Below, one piece after another: positions 22,381 through 31,378 of a DNA stretch of 64,000 nt. The notes beneath the pieces are model-generated. The model was given only the letters and a program-made list of their open reading frames with translations. It searched no databases and had not been told where the DNA came from. Source of the DNA: an uncultured Gammaproteobacteria bacterium. GTDB taxonomy: Bacteria > Patescibacteriota > Microgenomatia > Levybacterales > GWA1-39-11. Within the stretch, counting starts at the first letter, position 1; each line of letters starts with the position of its first letter. The stretch lies in the NCBI GenBank assembly GCA_964537315.1, contig CAZIAP010000001.1, forward strand, positions 23,975-87,974, read 5' to 3'. Both the position numbers and the translations under genes were made by a program.

Positions 22381-22929
22381 ATGAAATCTACAATCAATCT
22401 TGCCCAGCGTACCAAAACAGGTTCTCAAAAGAAGCATAAGTATACAGTTTATATATATGGTTTATTTGTTGCAGTAATTGCCGTGGCGATGGGTGTAATG
22501 GTCATAAACATTATTTTAAAATCAGAGTTTAGTTCGCTAGAAACAACCGAAAGCCAACTCTTAACACAGATAAACAACCAAGCAGATAAAAAGCTTAAAA
22601 TGCTTATTATATCTGAGCGATATAAAAATATTAAATCACTCCTCGCTTCTCGCGGAAGCTTAGATCAACGACTTGCTTCTCTTATACGTCAATTTCCATC
22701 GACTGTTCGCGTATCAGGAATGAATGTGAAAGATAATGTCATTATATTGACAGTCGAGTCTTCTAATTTGCTTGCTCTTAACACAATATTAGAAAATGAT
22801 CTTCCTGAGTACTTGAAAAGTAATGATATCGGGGTACAGTTGGCTGATGTGAGTTCATTTAAGGCAGCTGAGGGCGTGTATGCGGCAGAGCTTCGTTTTG
22901 AGTTTGCTGGAGGATTAAATAATGAATAA
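22381..22929 (+). CDS. pilN: PilN-like protein
   Basis: INL motif, TM, coiled coil; follows pilM. Confidence 0.7.
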   Translation: MKSTINLAQRTKTGSQKKHKYTVYIYGLFVAVIAVAMGVMVINIILKSEFSSLETTESQLLTQINNQADKKLKMLIISERYKNIKSLLASRGSLDQRLASLIRQFPSTVRVSGMNVKDNVIILTVESSNLLALNTILENDLPEYLKSNDIGVQLADVSSFKAAEGVYAAELRFEFAGGLNNE

Positions 22930-23587
22930 AGATTACGTACTATTTGGTAAAAAATTTACTGCAGAACAAATGCTTGCAGTTTCACTTGTGCTACTCGGTT
23001 TTTTCGTAATTTTGTTTGTTATACTCCCTCAGATTGATAGCATAGGTCTACAAAGAGAACAGAATCAAGCTAAAAAAGCTGAGGTGAATGAGCTTCAAAA
23101 TTCGCTAAACGTAATGCAGTCAATAAGTTCTGAGCAGGTAGAAGCAGATCTGAAGCTTGCAAGCAGTGCGCTTCCTACAAATAAAGACATTATTTCCATA
23201 TTCTCCGCGATCTCTGAACTCGCAAGCTCATCGGATGTACAACTGAGAGGCTTTACAATAAAAGTGGGAGAACTGTATACAAAAGCTACTGGAGAAAGTA
23301 ATCAGGTGGATAATACAACTTCGGTTACTGGAGTTCCCAGCATGGATGTTACAATAACAGTAAGCACAGTTGATGATAAAAACTTAGTCGCGTTTACACA
23401 GCAACTTTACAAAAATTTTCCGATCGCGCGTATTAATACCCTGAATTCTCAAAAAAACGACGGGATGATAGAGCTGTCATTTTATTATCGACCATATGAC
23501 TTAAAACAAATTGAAGGAGTTAACCTTGTCTCGCCTTATAACACACAATATTCAGATCTCATACAGCAACTAAGTAGCTCAAAGTAG
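22922..23587 (+). CDS. pilO: PilO-like protein
   Basis: TM + coiled coil + ALP motif; follows pilN. Confidence 0.7.
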   Translation: MNKDYVLFGKKFTAEQMLAVSLVLLGFFVILFVILPQIDSIGLQREQNQAKKAEVNELQNSLNVMQSISSEQVEADLKLASSALPTNKDIISIFSAISELASSSDVQLRGFTIKVGELYTKATGESNQVDNTTSVTGVPSMDVTITVSTVDDKNLVAFTQQLYKNFPIARINTLNSQKNDGMIELSFYYRPYDLKQIEGVNLVSPYNTQYSDLIQQLSSSK

Positions 23588-23588
23588 A

Positions 23589-24272
23589 TTATTTTTTGAG
23601 TAAATCTGGTCTTCTCTCTTCTGTCAATTTGTGTGCAGAATTTGCCCTATATTCGTCAATTTTAGCTGCATGACCAGATAAAAGGACTTCTGGTACCTTA
23701 AGTCCTTTATACTCTTCAGGACGTGTATATTGTGGATGCTCTAGCACTCCGCCTTTTTCATGTGAGAACGACTCGAACCGGTGTGCCTCAGTCTTACTTA
23801 ATACATTGGGAATAAGTCGTATGACAGATTCTGAAATTACCATTGCAGGTATTTCTCCACCTGAGAGCACGTAATCTCCTATTGAGATTTCATCATCAAC
23901 AAAGTTTCGGATACGCGCATCATACCCTTCATAATGTCCACAGATCAGAATTAGATGATCATATTTACTCAGTTTTTCTGCAGTTCTTTGTGTATATGGA
24001 GTTCCGGTTGGAGCAAGTAGAATTACACGCTCTTTTTTGTCTTTAAGACGCGCTGCTTCGATTGCTTCATCTAAGACGTCTACTTTAAGTAACATACCTA
24101 TTCCACCTCCGTATGGTGTATCATCCACTATTTTATGTTTACCTATACCAAACTCTTTTAAGTTAAAAAAACGGATTTTAACATGCCCTTCCTGTTGAGC
24201 ACGTTTAATAATAGAGTAATTGAAGACACCTTCAAACATTTGAGGGAAAAGGGTAATGATGGAGATAACCAT
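23589..24272 (-). CDS. trmD: tRNA (guanine37-N1)-methyltransferase
   Basis: ITLFP, DDTPYGGG, CGHYEG, SIGDYVLSGGE. Confidence 0.97.
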   Translation of the reverse strand: MVISIITLFPQMFEGVFNYSIIKRAQQEGHVKIRFFNLKEFGIGKHKIVDDTPYGGGIGMLLKVDVLDEAIEAARLKDKKERVILLAPTGTPYTQRTAEKLSKYDHLILICGHYEGYDARIRNFVDDEISIGDYVLSGGEIPAMVISESVIRLIPNVLSKTEAHRFESFSHEKGGVLEHPQYTRPEEYKGLKVPEVLLSGHAAKIDEYRANSAHKLTEERRPDLLKK

Positions 24273-24276
24273 ATAT

Positions 24277-24368
24277 AATTGACCTAATTAGTTTAATTAA
24301 TCTAATTTCTAAATTTGAGGATTGGTATTTTTAGGTTAATTAGGAATTAGGATAATTAGAAATTAAAT
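24277..24368. repeat. AT-rich inverted array of CTAATT/AATTAG units
   Basis: Left half cctaattag..ctaatttctaa, right half ttaattaggaattaggataattagaaatt. Confidence 0.6.
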
Positions 24369-24602
24369 TTATTCTTTCTCAATAACGTCTACTTCTATTT
24401 TCTTTCCTTCTTTAATCGCGCGGATTTTGAGAATATTTTTTATTGCAGAGATGTTCTTGCCGCTTTTACCGATAATTTTACCCATATATTCTTGAGGTAC
24501 GGTAACCCGTAGCCTTACAAACCCATCCTGCTCTTCTTCTTCTATTTCAGATTTAGCTTCAGGGATTGTTTGTTCTAGAATATATGCAAGGAGGTCTTTC
24601 AT
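24369..24602 (-). CDS. khpA: KH-domain RNA-binding protein
   Basis: GKIIGKSGKNI; between rpsP and trmD. Confidence 0.9.
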   Translation of the reverse strand: MKDLLAYILEQTIPEAKSEIEEEEQDGFVRLRVTVPQEYMGKIIGKSGKNISAIKNILKIRAIKEGKKIEVDVIEKE

Positions 24603-24823
24603 AGCAATGCTTTTACCGCAGGAGATAGCTGCGCGCCGCGTTCCTGCCAGTATTTTACTTTGTCTTTATCAATCTCTTTTGTTACACCTTTAACAGTTTT
24701 TTCGTACCATCCCAAGAAGTCGACTGCTTTACCGTCGCGTTTACTCCTCTTCTCTTTGACCACAATACGATACTTCCGCTCTCCACGGCGACCAATTTTT
24801 GCAAAACGAATTACTAATGCCAT
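24599..24823 (-). CDS. rpsP: 30S ribosomal protein S16
   Basis: IRFAKIG..YRIVV..RDGK..LGWY..GAQLS; promoter TTGACT-17-TAAACT just upstream. Confidence 0.95.
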   Translation of the reverse strand: MALVIRFAKIGRRGERKYRIVVKEKRSKRDGKAVDFLGWYEKTVKGVTKEIDKDKVKYWQERGAQLSPAVKALL

Positions 24824-24872
24824 ACCCGTGTAGTTTATCATGAGCGTGATTTGAAGTCAATCAGGTGTAATC

Positions 24873-25301
24873 TTATATGCGTTGGAGTTCAATAACTGCA
24901 CCTTGACTGGTTTTCGTATTAACTAACAAATAAAAGGTATATTCAGTAAGTGTAGCTGTTGCTCTAGATTTTGGTTGAACTGTCACTTCTTGATAATCTT
25001 TTGAGCCTCTTTTTCCAAATCTTAAGCTTGCGGGACTATTTGTTTCATTTATGATTAATAATTTTCCGCTGGGTGTCTCATCTGAGGAAAAAACTATTAG
25101 CTCAAGTGGTTCTAATCCTGCATCATTTAGCAATATATATCCTACGTACGAGTCTGCGTCTTCTGAAGTATCATTTGTATTTTGAGTAATGGAATCTCCT
25201 TCTATGGCTGCTTGATCTGAACCTTTTGTTAAGTAATAGGTACCTACTATGATTAGTACACATATTAGTAAAACTGAAATAATGATGTAAATTTTTTTCA
25301 T
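24873..25301 (-). CDS. Small membrane-anchored protein, cupredoxin-like beta fold (no Cu ligands)
   Basis: TM then G-L-E-P..L.I...IN pattern; resembles 28313-28753 and 27767-28216. Confidence 0.55.
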   Translation of the reverse strand: MKKIYIIISVLLICVLIIVGTYYLTKGSDQAAIEGDSITQNTNDTSEDADSYVGYILLNDAGLEPLELIVFSSDETPSGKLLIINETNSPASLRFGKRGSKDYQEVTVQPKSRATATLTEYTFYLLVNTKTSQGAVIELQRI

Positions 25302-25311
25302 AAGCTTAAGT

Positions 25312-27762
25312 TTACGGAGCAACTTCATTCCACATGCTGTTTGATACTTTGTAAAAGTCTGTAAGTGCAGTAATAAAGCTTAGTCTAGATTTTACGAATA
25401 GCGATGGATTTGTAGCATCTGCCGTACATAATGTTCTGTCATTGATTAGTCTGCCACCAGCGCTCTCTACTCCGAATGGATTATCAGCATTTGCAACCAG
25501 TGTTCCTTCAATATTTAATCTCCTGTCAGCTGTAGCGGGGCAGTTTGCGATACTCGGTATTAGTATATCGTTTTCTGCCGTTATAATTGCTTGAAGGTTT
25601 GGGTTTGTGCTTGATGGATTAACCTCACCTACATTAGTTCCAATGGTGACATCGCCTTTGGCTGCGAAAATCAGTAGGGACTTGCCAGTTGCTACCCTTA
25701 CATCGCTGTTTATCGTGATATTTCCTTTAGCCAAGATGATAATTTTATGATCATTATTTATCGAGCGGTTCGCAGGGCCAGATGGGTTAAATGTTAGATC
25801 ACCATCTACATAATAGAAAGTTTGGTTATTCAAGCTACTGAGGCTTGCAATAAAAGTACAGTTACCACTGGGTGAACAGCCAGGCAATGGAGTTAAGTTT
25901 ACAGCCGCGCTCTGTTCTTGACGTTTTTTATAGAAACTGTATGATGCGTTTCCTTCTCGGTTTGAAGCACCTACTTGATCGTATTCATTGTCTACCCTCC
26001 AAATGTCTGAAGCGGATCCAAATAGCGAACTTCCTGTGGTGCTATAAAATACTGAGGCTGTACCACTATTAATGGAAGTTGTAGGACGCTCTCCTGCGGG
26101 TACTCGGTTTTGTATAGTTTGCTGTCTTACACTGCCTATTTCAGTCTGGAACCAGGGTTGTGTAGTCTTAAGGATGATGGTGATGTCATCAGGAGGATTT
26201 GATATATCAAATGGTCCATAAGTTGGGTTTGATAAGTCTACCTGTGTTTGTACTCCATTTTGCGTAATTATCGCACACTGAACTACCCTGCTTCCTATGT
26301 TTGATAAGGTAAGATGATACTCATTGCCTGCAGGACCTGTGACTGAGATCGAGTATCTGCCATTTGCGCCTGTAGGGTTTGATGGCCAGTTATCTGTGTT
26401 TCTAAACACTGATGCGACTGCACCCGGAACCCCGACTAAACCTGTTAAGTTACACTCGCCTGTGGGACTATCTCCTATAGTCCCTGTTACCGTATTAGTA
26501 ATATCCGTGTTACCTGGCGCATTTAGGATAAGCGGATGGTTGTATGTTCTATTTCCAGTAACGGATATTTCCGGTGAATAGGTATCAGAAGTGTAGGTTG
26601 TTGGAATTTCTGCATATCTGATTCTATATCTTCCGGTTGTTAAATTACTGAATATTCGTCTACCATTATTAATTCCTGAAGTTGCTGTATACCCGTTAGT
26701 GACCGCAGTCCAGTTGCTTCCAGATCTCCTTTCCAGGTAGACTCGGGTACGGGGACCCGGATCTTCTGCTGAATCAAACTGTCCATTACCATTGAAATCA
26801 ACAATAAGTATTCCCAGAATACTAATGTCATCTTGAGTTTGCCATTCTCCGTCTCCATCACGGTCTACAAATACCCCAGCGTTTAATGTATGAGTTGAAG
26901 GTGCTGTTGTCGGTGTGTTTACTCTTCGAGTAGGTGTAGGTGTATTAGGGACTCTACAGCGCATTAAACCTCCTCCAGGAGGAGGAAGACATCTGCTACA
27001 ACCGTCAGCAGCATTCGCGCATTGTGAATCGAACGAGCAGGTAGCATTGCATCTATTTACTGAACCGGGTGCACTTGTAGGAGTGCGTGTTGGAAGAGTA
27101 CCGCCTCCACCACCGCCACCACCACAGTCCGTAGGACAAGAAGTTGGAGTTTCTCCTGCTCCTGTTTCACATGCTCCATTTCCACAAACTGCTCCTCCAC
27201 CAGAACCTGTTCTACATGTACCATTTTGACAAGTCATGGTCCCACAGCATTGTGTATTGCTTGTACAACTACCACCCGATGATCTGCAGCACTGATTACT
27301 AACGCAGCTTAGTTGCTGTCCACTACAGCACGGCGCTGCTCCTGCACCACTCGGAGTGTTACACGATTGTCCAACATTTCTACAGGATTCTCCCCCTCCT
27401 CCGCTACCAGATCCTTCACATCTATTAGTACTGAGATTACAGGTTAGATTACTACAGCAGTTTCCGATACCTGCACCACAAGACTGCCCAGTTGACCTGC
27501 AAGAAGTATCAGGCGTCGGGGTAGCGTTACTTCTCGGGACGCAGCATATATTATTAGCCTGAAGATTTGGACAGAGCTCATTATTTCCACCTTGTTGTGT
27601 TTGATAACCTGCAGGACAAGGTGATGACGTCGTACAGTATCCTCCTCTTTGTGAACAAGTCTGCGCTGATACACTTTTAAAAATTCCGCTATCGGTGCCG
27701 ATAATCAAAAACAGCAGAAAAATGATTATCTGCCCCGTCAAAAAGTATATAAATTTTTTCAT
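25312..27762 (-). CDS. Large secreted Cys-rich surface protein (816 aa)
   Basis: Signal peptide, multiple C-C-CC-C-C repeats, PT linkers, DxDxDG motifs, C-terminal region shared with 28754-31255. Confidence 0.8.
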   Translation of the reverse strand: MKKFIYFLTGQIIIFLLFLIIGTDSGIFKSVSAQTCSQRGGYCTTSSPCPAGYQTQQGGNNELCPNLQANNICCVPRSNATPTPDTSCRSTGQSCGAGIGNCCSNLTCNLSTNRCEGSGSGGGGESCRNVGQSCNTPSGAGAAPCCSGQQLSCVSNQCCRSSGGSCTSNTQCCGTMTCQNGTCRTGSGGGAVCGNGACETGAGETPTSCPTDCGGGGGGGGTLPTRTPTSAPGSVNRCNATCSFDSQCANAADGCSRCLPPPGGGLMRCRVPNTPTPTRRVNTPTTAPSTHTLNAGVFVDRDGDGEWQTQDDISILGILIVDFNGNGQFDSAEDPGPRTRVYLERRSGSNWTAVTNGYTATSGINNGRRIFSNLTTGRYRIRYAEIPTTYTSDTYSPEISVTGNRTYNHPLILNAPGNTDITNTVTGTIGDSPTGECNLTGLVGVPGAVASVFRNTDNWPSNPTGANGRYSISVTGPAGNEYHLTLSNIGSRVVQCAIITQNGVQTQVDLSNPTYGPFDISNPPDDITIILKTTQPWFQTEIGSVRQQTIQNRVPAGERPTTSINSGTASVFYSTTGSSLFGSASDIWRVDNEYDQVGASNREGNASYSFYKKRQEQSAAVNLTPLPGCSPSGNCTFIASLSSLNNQTFYYVDGDLTFNPSGPANRSINNDHKIIILAKGNITINSDVRVATGKSLLIFAAKGDVTIGTNVGEVNPSSTNPNLQAIITAENDILIPSIANCPATADRRLNIEGTLVANADNPFGVESAGGRLINDRTLCTADATNPSLFVKSRLSFITALTDFYKVSNSMWNEVAP

Positions 27763-27766
27763 ATCT

Positions 27767-28216
27767 TTAAAAAACTACCAGCGTCATCATTTGATCTGAT
27801 CCTTCAACTTGTAGGACATAATTGCCTGCATAAGGAAGATAAATTTCTTCAAACTTATTGTACTCTAGTGTAAATTGATGAGGCAGCCCTGCACCCTCGG
27901 GTTGCTGAGTAGTTTTAAACGTTATCGGGTCTGAGTCAATATTCAGCACAGTAACGTGAACAACCTCGTCGCCTGCTCTTTTAAAAACTATCTCATTTCG
28001 CTCTAGTCTCCCGTTTTCATACAGTACCAGCCCATGAGTGTTCAAGTCTGCGTGTGCTTCTTGCAATATTTGAGTTACTCTTTGAGGTCCACTATTAAGG
28101 TCAGGAGGTAGTTGGGATGATGTAGAGTTATTTCGAATATAAACAATGCCAATAACTAATACTAAACATAATGCAATAAGTGAGGCGGTGATTAGTATGA
28201 TATTTTTCTGCTTCAT
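27767..28216 (-). CDS. Small membrane-anchored cupredoxin-like protein
   Basis: TM then beta-rich domain ending AGNYVL..MTLVV. Confidence 0.55.
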   Translation of the reverse strand: MKQKNIILITASLIALCLVLVIGIVYIRNNSTSSQLPPDLNSGPQRVTQILQEAHADLNTHGLVLYENGRLERNEIVFKRAGDEVVHVTVLNIDSDPITFKTTQQPEGAGLPHQFTLEYNKFEEIYLPYAGNYVLQVEGSDQMMTLVVF

Positions 28217-28312
28217 GAAGTAATTTGACTGCTAATTATATATTACACAAAAATTTCCAGATTTGTAAACCCTGCTTTAATTTTAAATGTTGTAGTTTGA
28301 TTTATCCGGAGC

Positions 28313-28753
28313 TTATTGGTTACGTACGTGTATTGTGACAGCTTGATTTGTTTGTGTGTTTCTCAACTCATAAGTATTGTATTCATGGAGTGTCATTATA
28401 ATGTGTCCATGTTTGGGAATAGACATCGGCGGATAGAGCTCAGTCTTATCATGAGATTTGTTAACAGAAACTGAAACCGCTTCGTCCGATGAGTTTGCTA
28501 TTACTAAAGTTGCAAATGGGATTTCATCGTTTGATGATATATTAACTTCTTTAGATTCAAATCCCTCGTTTGAAATCAATATACTTCCAGTAGATTTTGG
28601 TACGACAGATTTCTCTGTTTGTTGCGTAACATTTTTGTTTACTTGTTGAGTAATTTGTGTAAATGGCAGTTTGGTAATTACAAATCCACTAATAACTAGC
28701 ACTGCGGACAGGATTAATAAACCTAGAATTAATATTTTTTTATTCTTATACAT
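28313..28753 (-). CDS. Small membrane-anchored cupredoxin-like protein
   Basis: ISNEGFESKEVNISSNDE..LVIAN; clear paralog of 24873-25301. Confidence 0.55.
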   Translation of the reverse strand: MYKNKKILILGLLILSAVLVISGFVITKLPFTQITQQVNKNVTQQTEKSVVPKSTGSILISNEGFESKEVNISSNDEIPFATLVIANSSDEAVSVSVNKSHDKTELYPPMSIPKHGHIIMTLHEYNTYELRNTQTNQAVTIHVRNQ

Positions 28754-31255
28754 TTATGGTTCAACCTCATTCCAAATGCTTGTTGATACTTTATAAAAGT
28801 CAGTGAGTGAAGTAATAAAGCTTAGTCTAGATTTTACATATAGTGATGGATTGTCTGAGTCTGCTGAGCACAAAGTCCTATTATTTATCAATTTACCACC
28901 TGAACTTTCTACGCCGAATGGATTGTCTGAGTTGGCGACCAGGGTTCCTTCAATATTTAGCCTGCGGTCAGGATTTGCCGGACAGTCTGCGGTTCCTTGA
29001 ATCGTAATATTATCTTCGGCGGTTATAATGGCCTGAATATTAGGTGCGGAACTTTCCGGGTTAAGTTGTCCTACGTCGTTACCAATAATCACGTTATTTT
29101 TTGCAGCAAGTATCAGTAGTGATTTTCCATCACGTACGCGCGCATCACGGTTGATAGTAAGAGTTCCGTTTACAAGGATTACTACTCTTGCGTTAGAATC
29201 AAGCAATGGATCGCTAGGATTAAAGATTAGATCTCCATCTACATGATACAGTACTTGGTGATCAAGTTCGCTTAAAGGACGACTAAAAGTGCATCTTCCT
29301 GATGTAGGACAATGTGGAAGGTTGACCAACTGAGGACCTGTCTGCTGGGAACGTTTAATATAAAAGCTGTATGAAGCATTTCCTTCTCGATTATTGGAAC
29401 CTGTCTGATCATACTCATTATCAACTTTCCAGAGATTTGATGCAGTTCCGAGCATTGATCTGCCCTGCGTACTATAAAACACAGAGGCAGTTCTCCCTGA
29501 CGTTGAGGTAGGGCTTTTGCCTTCTGGTACTTTATTATTAATTCTTTGCTGCTTAACGCTGCCTATATCTGTCATAAACCAAGGCTGTCCAATACTTAGA
29601 ACGAAAGTAACCTCTGTATCATCAGGGAAATTTATAGAGTGTGAAGGACTGGTAGTGTCGATCTGTGTGCCATTTCCAAGAATAATACACTGAACTTGTA
29701 AATTACCGAAATTAGAGATATTTATAAAGTGAGAGTTGTTTGGATCGTCTGTTACTGTGATTGAGTAATTCCCGTTTGTGTCAGTAGCATCTGTCCAGGT
29801 TTGAACTGGTGATTCAGTATTGTTAATTGACACTAATACATTAGCCAGAGGTGTTGCCCCTGTTAGGCTACATATTCCATACTGGTTGCTTACAACATTT
29901 CCTCCAACATTTGAGGATATGTCATTTTCTGAGTTTGTGTCGACGGTAAGAGGTAAATAACGAGAGTAATTATTTGAAATTTGTACTGGAGGATAAGCAT
30001 ATGAAGTCGGACTGTAGGTTGACGGTATTTCTGAAAACTCAAGGCTGTATGTGCCTGTGGCAATTCCGTTAAAATTTATTTTACCGTTTGCCGCAGTGTA
30101 CCCATTTCCGACTTGAGTCCCGTTATTACGTCTGAGAATTACACGGGTACGAGGACCGGATTCTTCAGCCAGATCGTACTGTCCATTACCATTATAGTCG
30201 ACCAGTAATACCCCTCCAAGTATTAAGTCATTTTGTTCCTGCCAGATACCATTCATATCACGATCTACAAATACTCCCGCTGTTACTGTATGAGATCCGG
30301 TAGGAGGCGTTATTGGGGTTGGGGTAGATGTTGGATTCGACTGTCTATTAAGTGGAAAATATATCTGCGTAATGTAAGATCCGTTGTTTTGTATTTGTGG
30401 TATGTTAACCGTTTTAGGATTACTGGAAAGGTCTACATAGCCGGGAGGACTTAAACGCGATATGTTATATGATCCGTGAGTAGGTACATCTTGTCTAAAG
30501 AATCCTGCAGAGTTAGTCACTATTGTTACTCCATAAGAGTTTGGTCCAGTGATCCTAATCTGAGCTCCCTGTATACGCTCGTCTGGAGCGCTCAGCGTGG
30601 TATCACCATCTTCATCTACAAACACATACCCGGTTATAGTGTAGGTTTGTATTGGTGGTTGTGCTGAAGTTGGTGTTGGTGAATTTGTTGGTACTACTGG
30701 TGGAGTTGTTGGTGTAGGTGTATTTGGTCTGGCTGTGGGTGTTCTGGTTGGAGTTCGGGTAGGTGTAGGGGTTGCTGGACGACGTATTCCAAAATCTCTA
30801 GTATCAACATCTATGAAACCAGTTCCCCCTGTAGTTTCTACTGAATAAGAAGTAGCCGTAGTTGCTACATAGCCAGATGGCACAGAGATTGAAACGTTCC
30901 TTGTTCCACCTGTAAGTCCTTCAAAGCTATAATATCCTTTGCTATCAGTAGTTTTGGTACCTTTTCCTGTTAAAGATATTGTGACACTTGAAACCCCTTG
31001 CTCACCGGAATCCCAAGTTCCATTACTATTTGAATCAATAAATACCGTTCCTCTTATCACACTACTAGTTGAATTGGCGCATTTGTTATTCGAACAATTA
31101 GCATGGCAGCATTCTTGATCAGAGCTACAGGTTTGATTTAGCCATTTACATACTTGAGCATTAACGTTCGATGTTAGGTTAAAAAATGACAAACCCGCTA
31201 CTATAATAGTGAATAAAACTATTTGACGAGCTACAAATTGTAGAGCTTTTCTCAT
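28754..31255 (-). CDS. Large secreted surface protein with SdrD B-like domains (833 aa)
   Basis: Signal peptide, GTVFIDSNSNGTWDSGEQG and GYVFVDEDGD repeats, PT linkers, shared C-terminus. Confidence 0.8.
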   Translation of the reverse strand: MRKALQFVARQIVLFTIIVAGLSFFNLTSNVNAQVCKWLNQTCSSDQECCHANCSNNKCANSTSSVIRGTVFIDSNSNGTWDSGEQGVSSVTISLTGKGTKTTDSKGYYSFEGLTGGTRNVSISVPSGYVATTATSYSVETTGGTGFIDVDTRDFGIRRPATPTPTRTPTRTPTARPNTPTPTTPPVVPTNSPTPTSAQPPIQTYTITGYVFVDEDGDTTLSAPDERIQGAQIRITGPNSYGVTIVTNSAGFFRQDVPTHGSYNISRLSPPGYVDLSSNPKTVNIPQIQNNGSYITQIYFPLNRQSNPTSTPTPITPPTGSHTVTAGVFVDRDMNGIWQEQNDLILGGVLLVDYNGNGQYDLAEESGPRTRVILRRNNGTQVGNGYTAANGKINFNGIATGTYSLEFSEIPSTYSPTSYAYPPVQISNNYSRYLPLTVDTNSENDISSNVGGNVVSNQYGICSLTGATPLANVLVSINNTESPVQTWTDATDTNGNYSITVTDDPNNSHFINISNFGNLQVQCIILGNGTQIDTTSPSHSINFPDDTEVTFVLSIGQPWFMTDIGSVKQQRINNKVPEGKSPTSTSGRTASVFYSTQGRSMLGTASNLWKVDNEYDQTGSNNREGNASYSFYIKRSQQTGPQLVNLPHCPTSGRCTFSRPLSELDHQVLYHVDGDLIFNPSDPLLDSNARVVILVNGTLTINRDARVRDGKSLLILAAKNNVIIGNDVGQLNPESSAPNIQAIITAEDNITIQGTADCPANPDRRLNIEGTLVANSDNPFGVESSGGKLINNRTLCSADSDNPSLYVKSRLSFITSLTDFYKVSTSIWNEVEP

Positions 31256-31378
31256 TCTTTACTGATGAAATATATTCTAATTTAATATTAGACATATTTT
31301 TTTTAATTTGTAAACCTACTAAATTTATTTGAACTATTAAAATGCTGACGATTAGAATGAGGTCTGTATGTTAGTAAA

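Noticed and set aside
25312-31255. Diversity-generating retroelement TR/VR pair in the duplicated C-termini
   Set aside because: Both copies are in full ORFs, differences are not adenine-specific, and no reverse transcriptase is in the window
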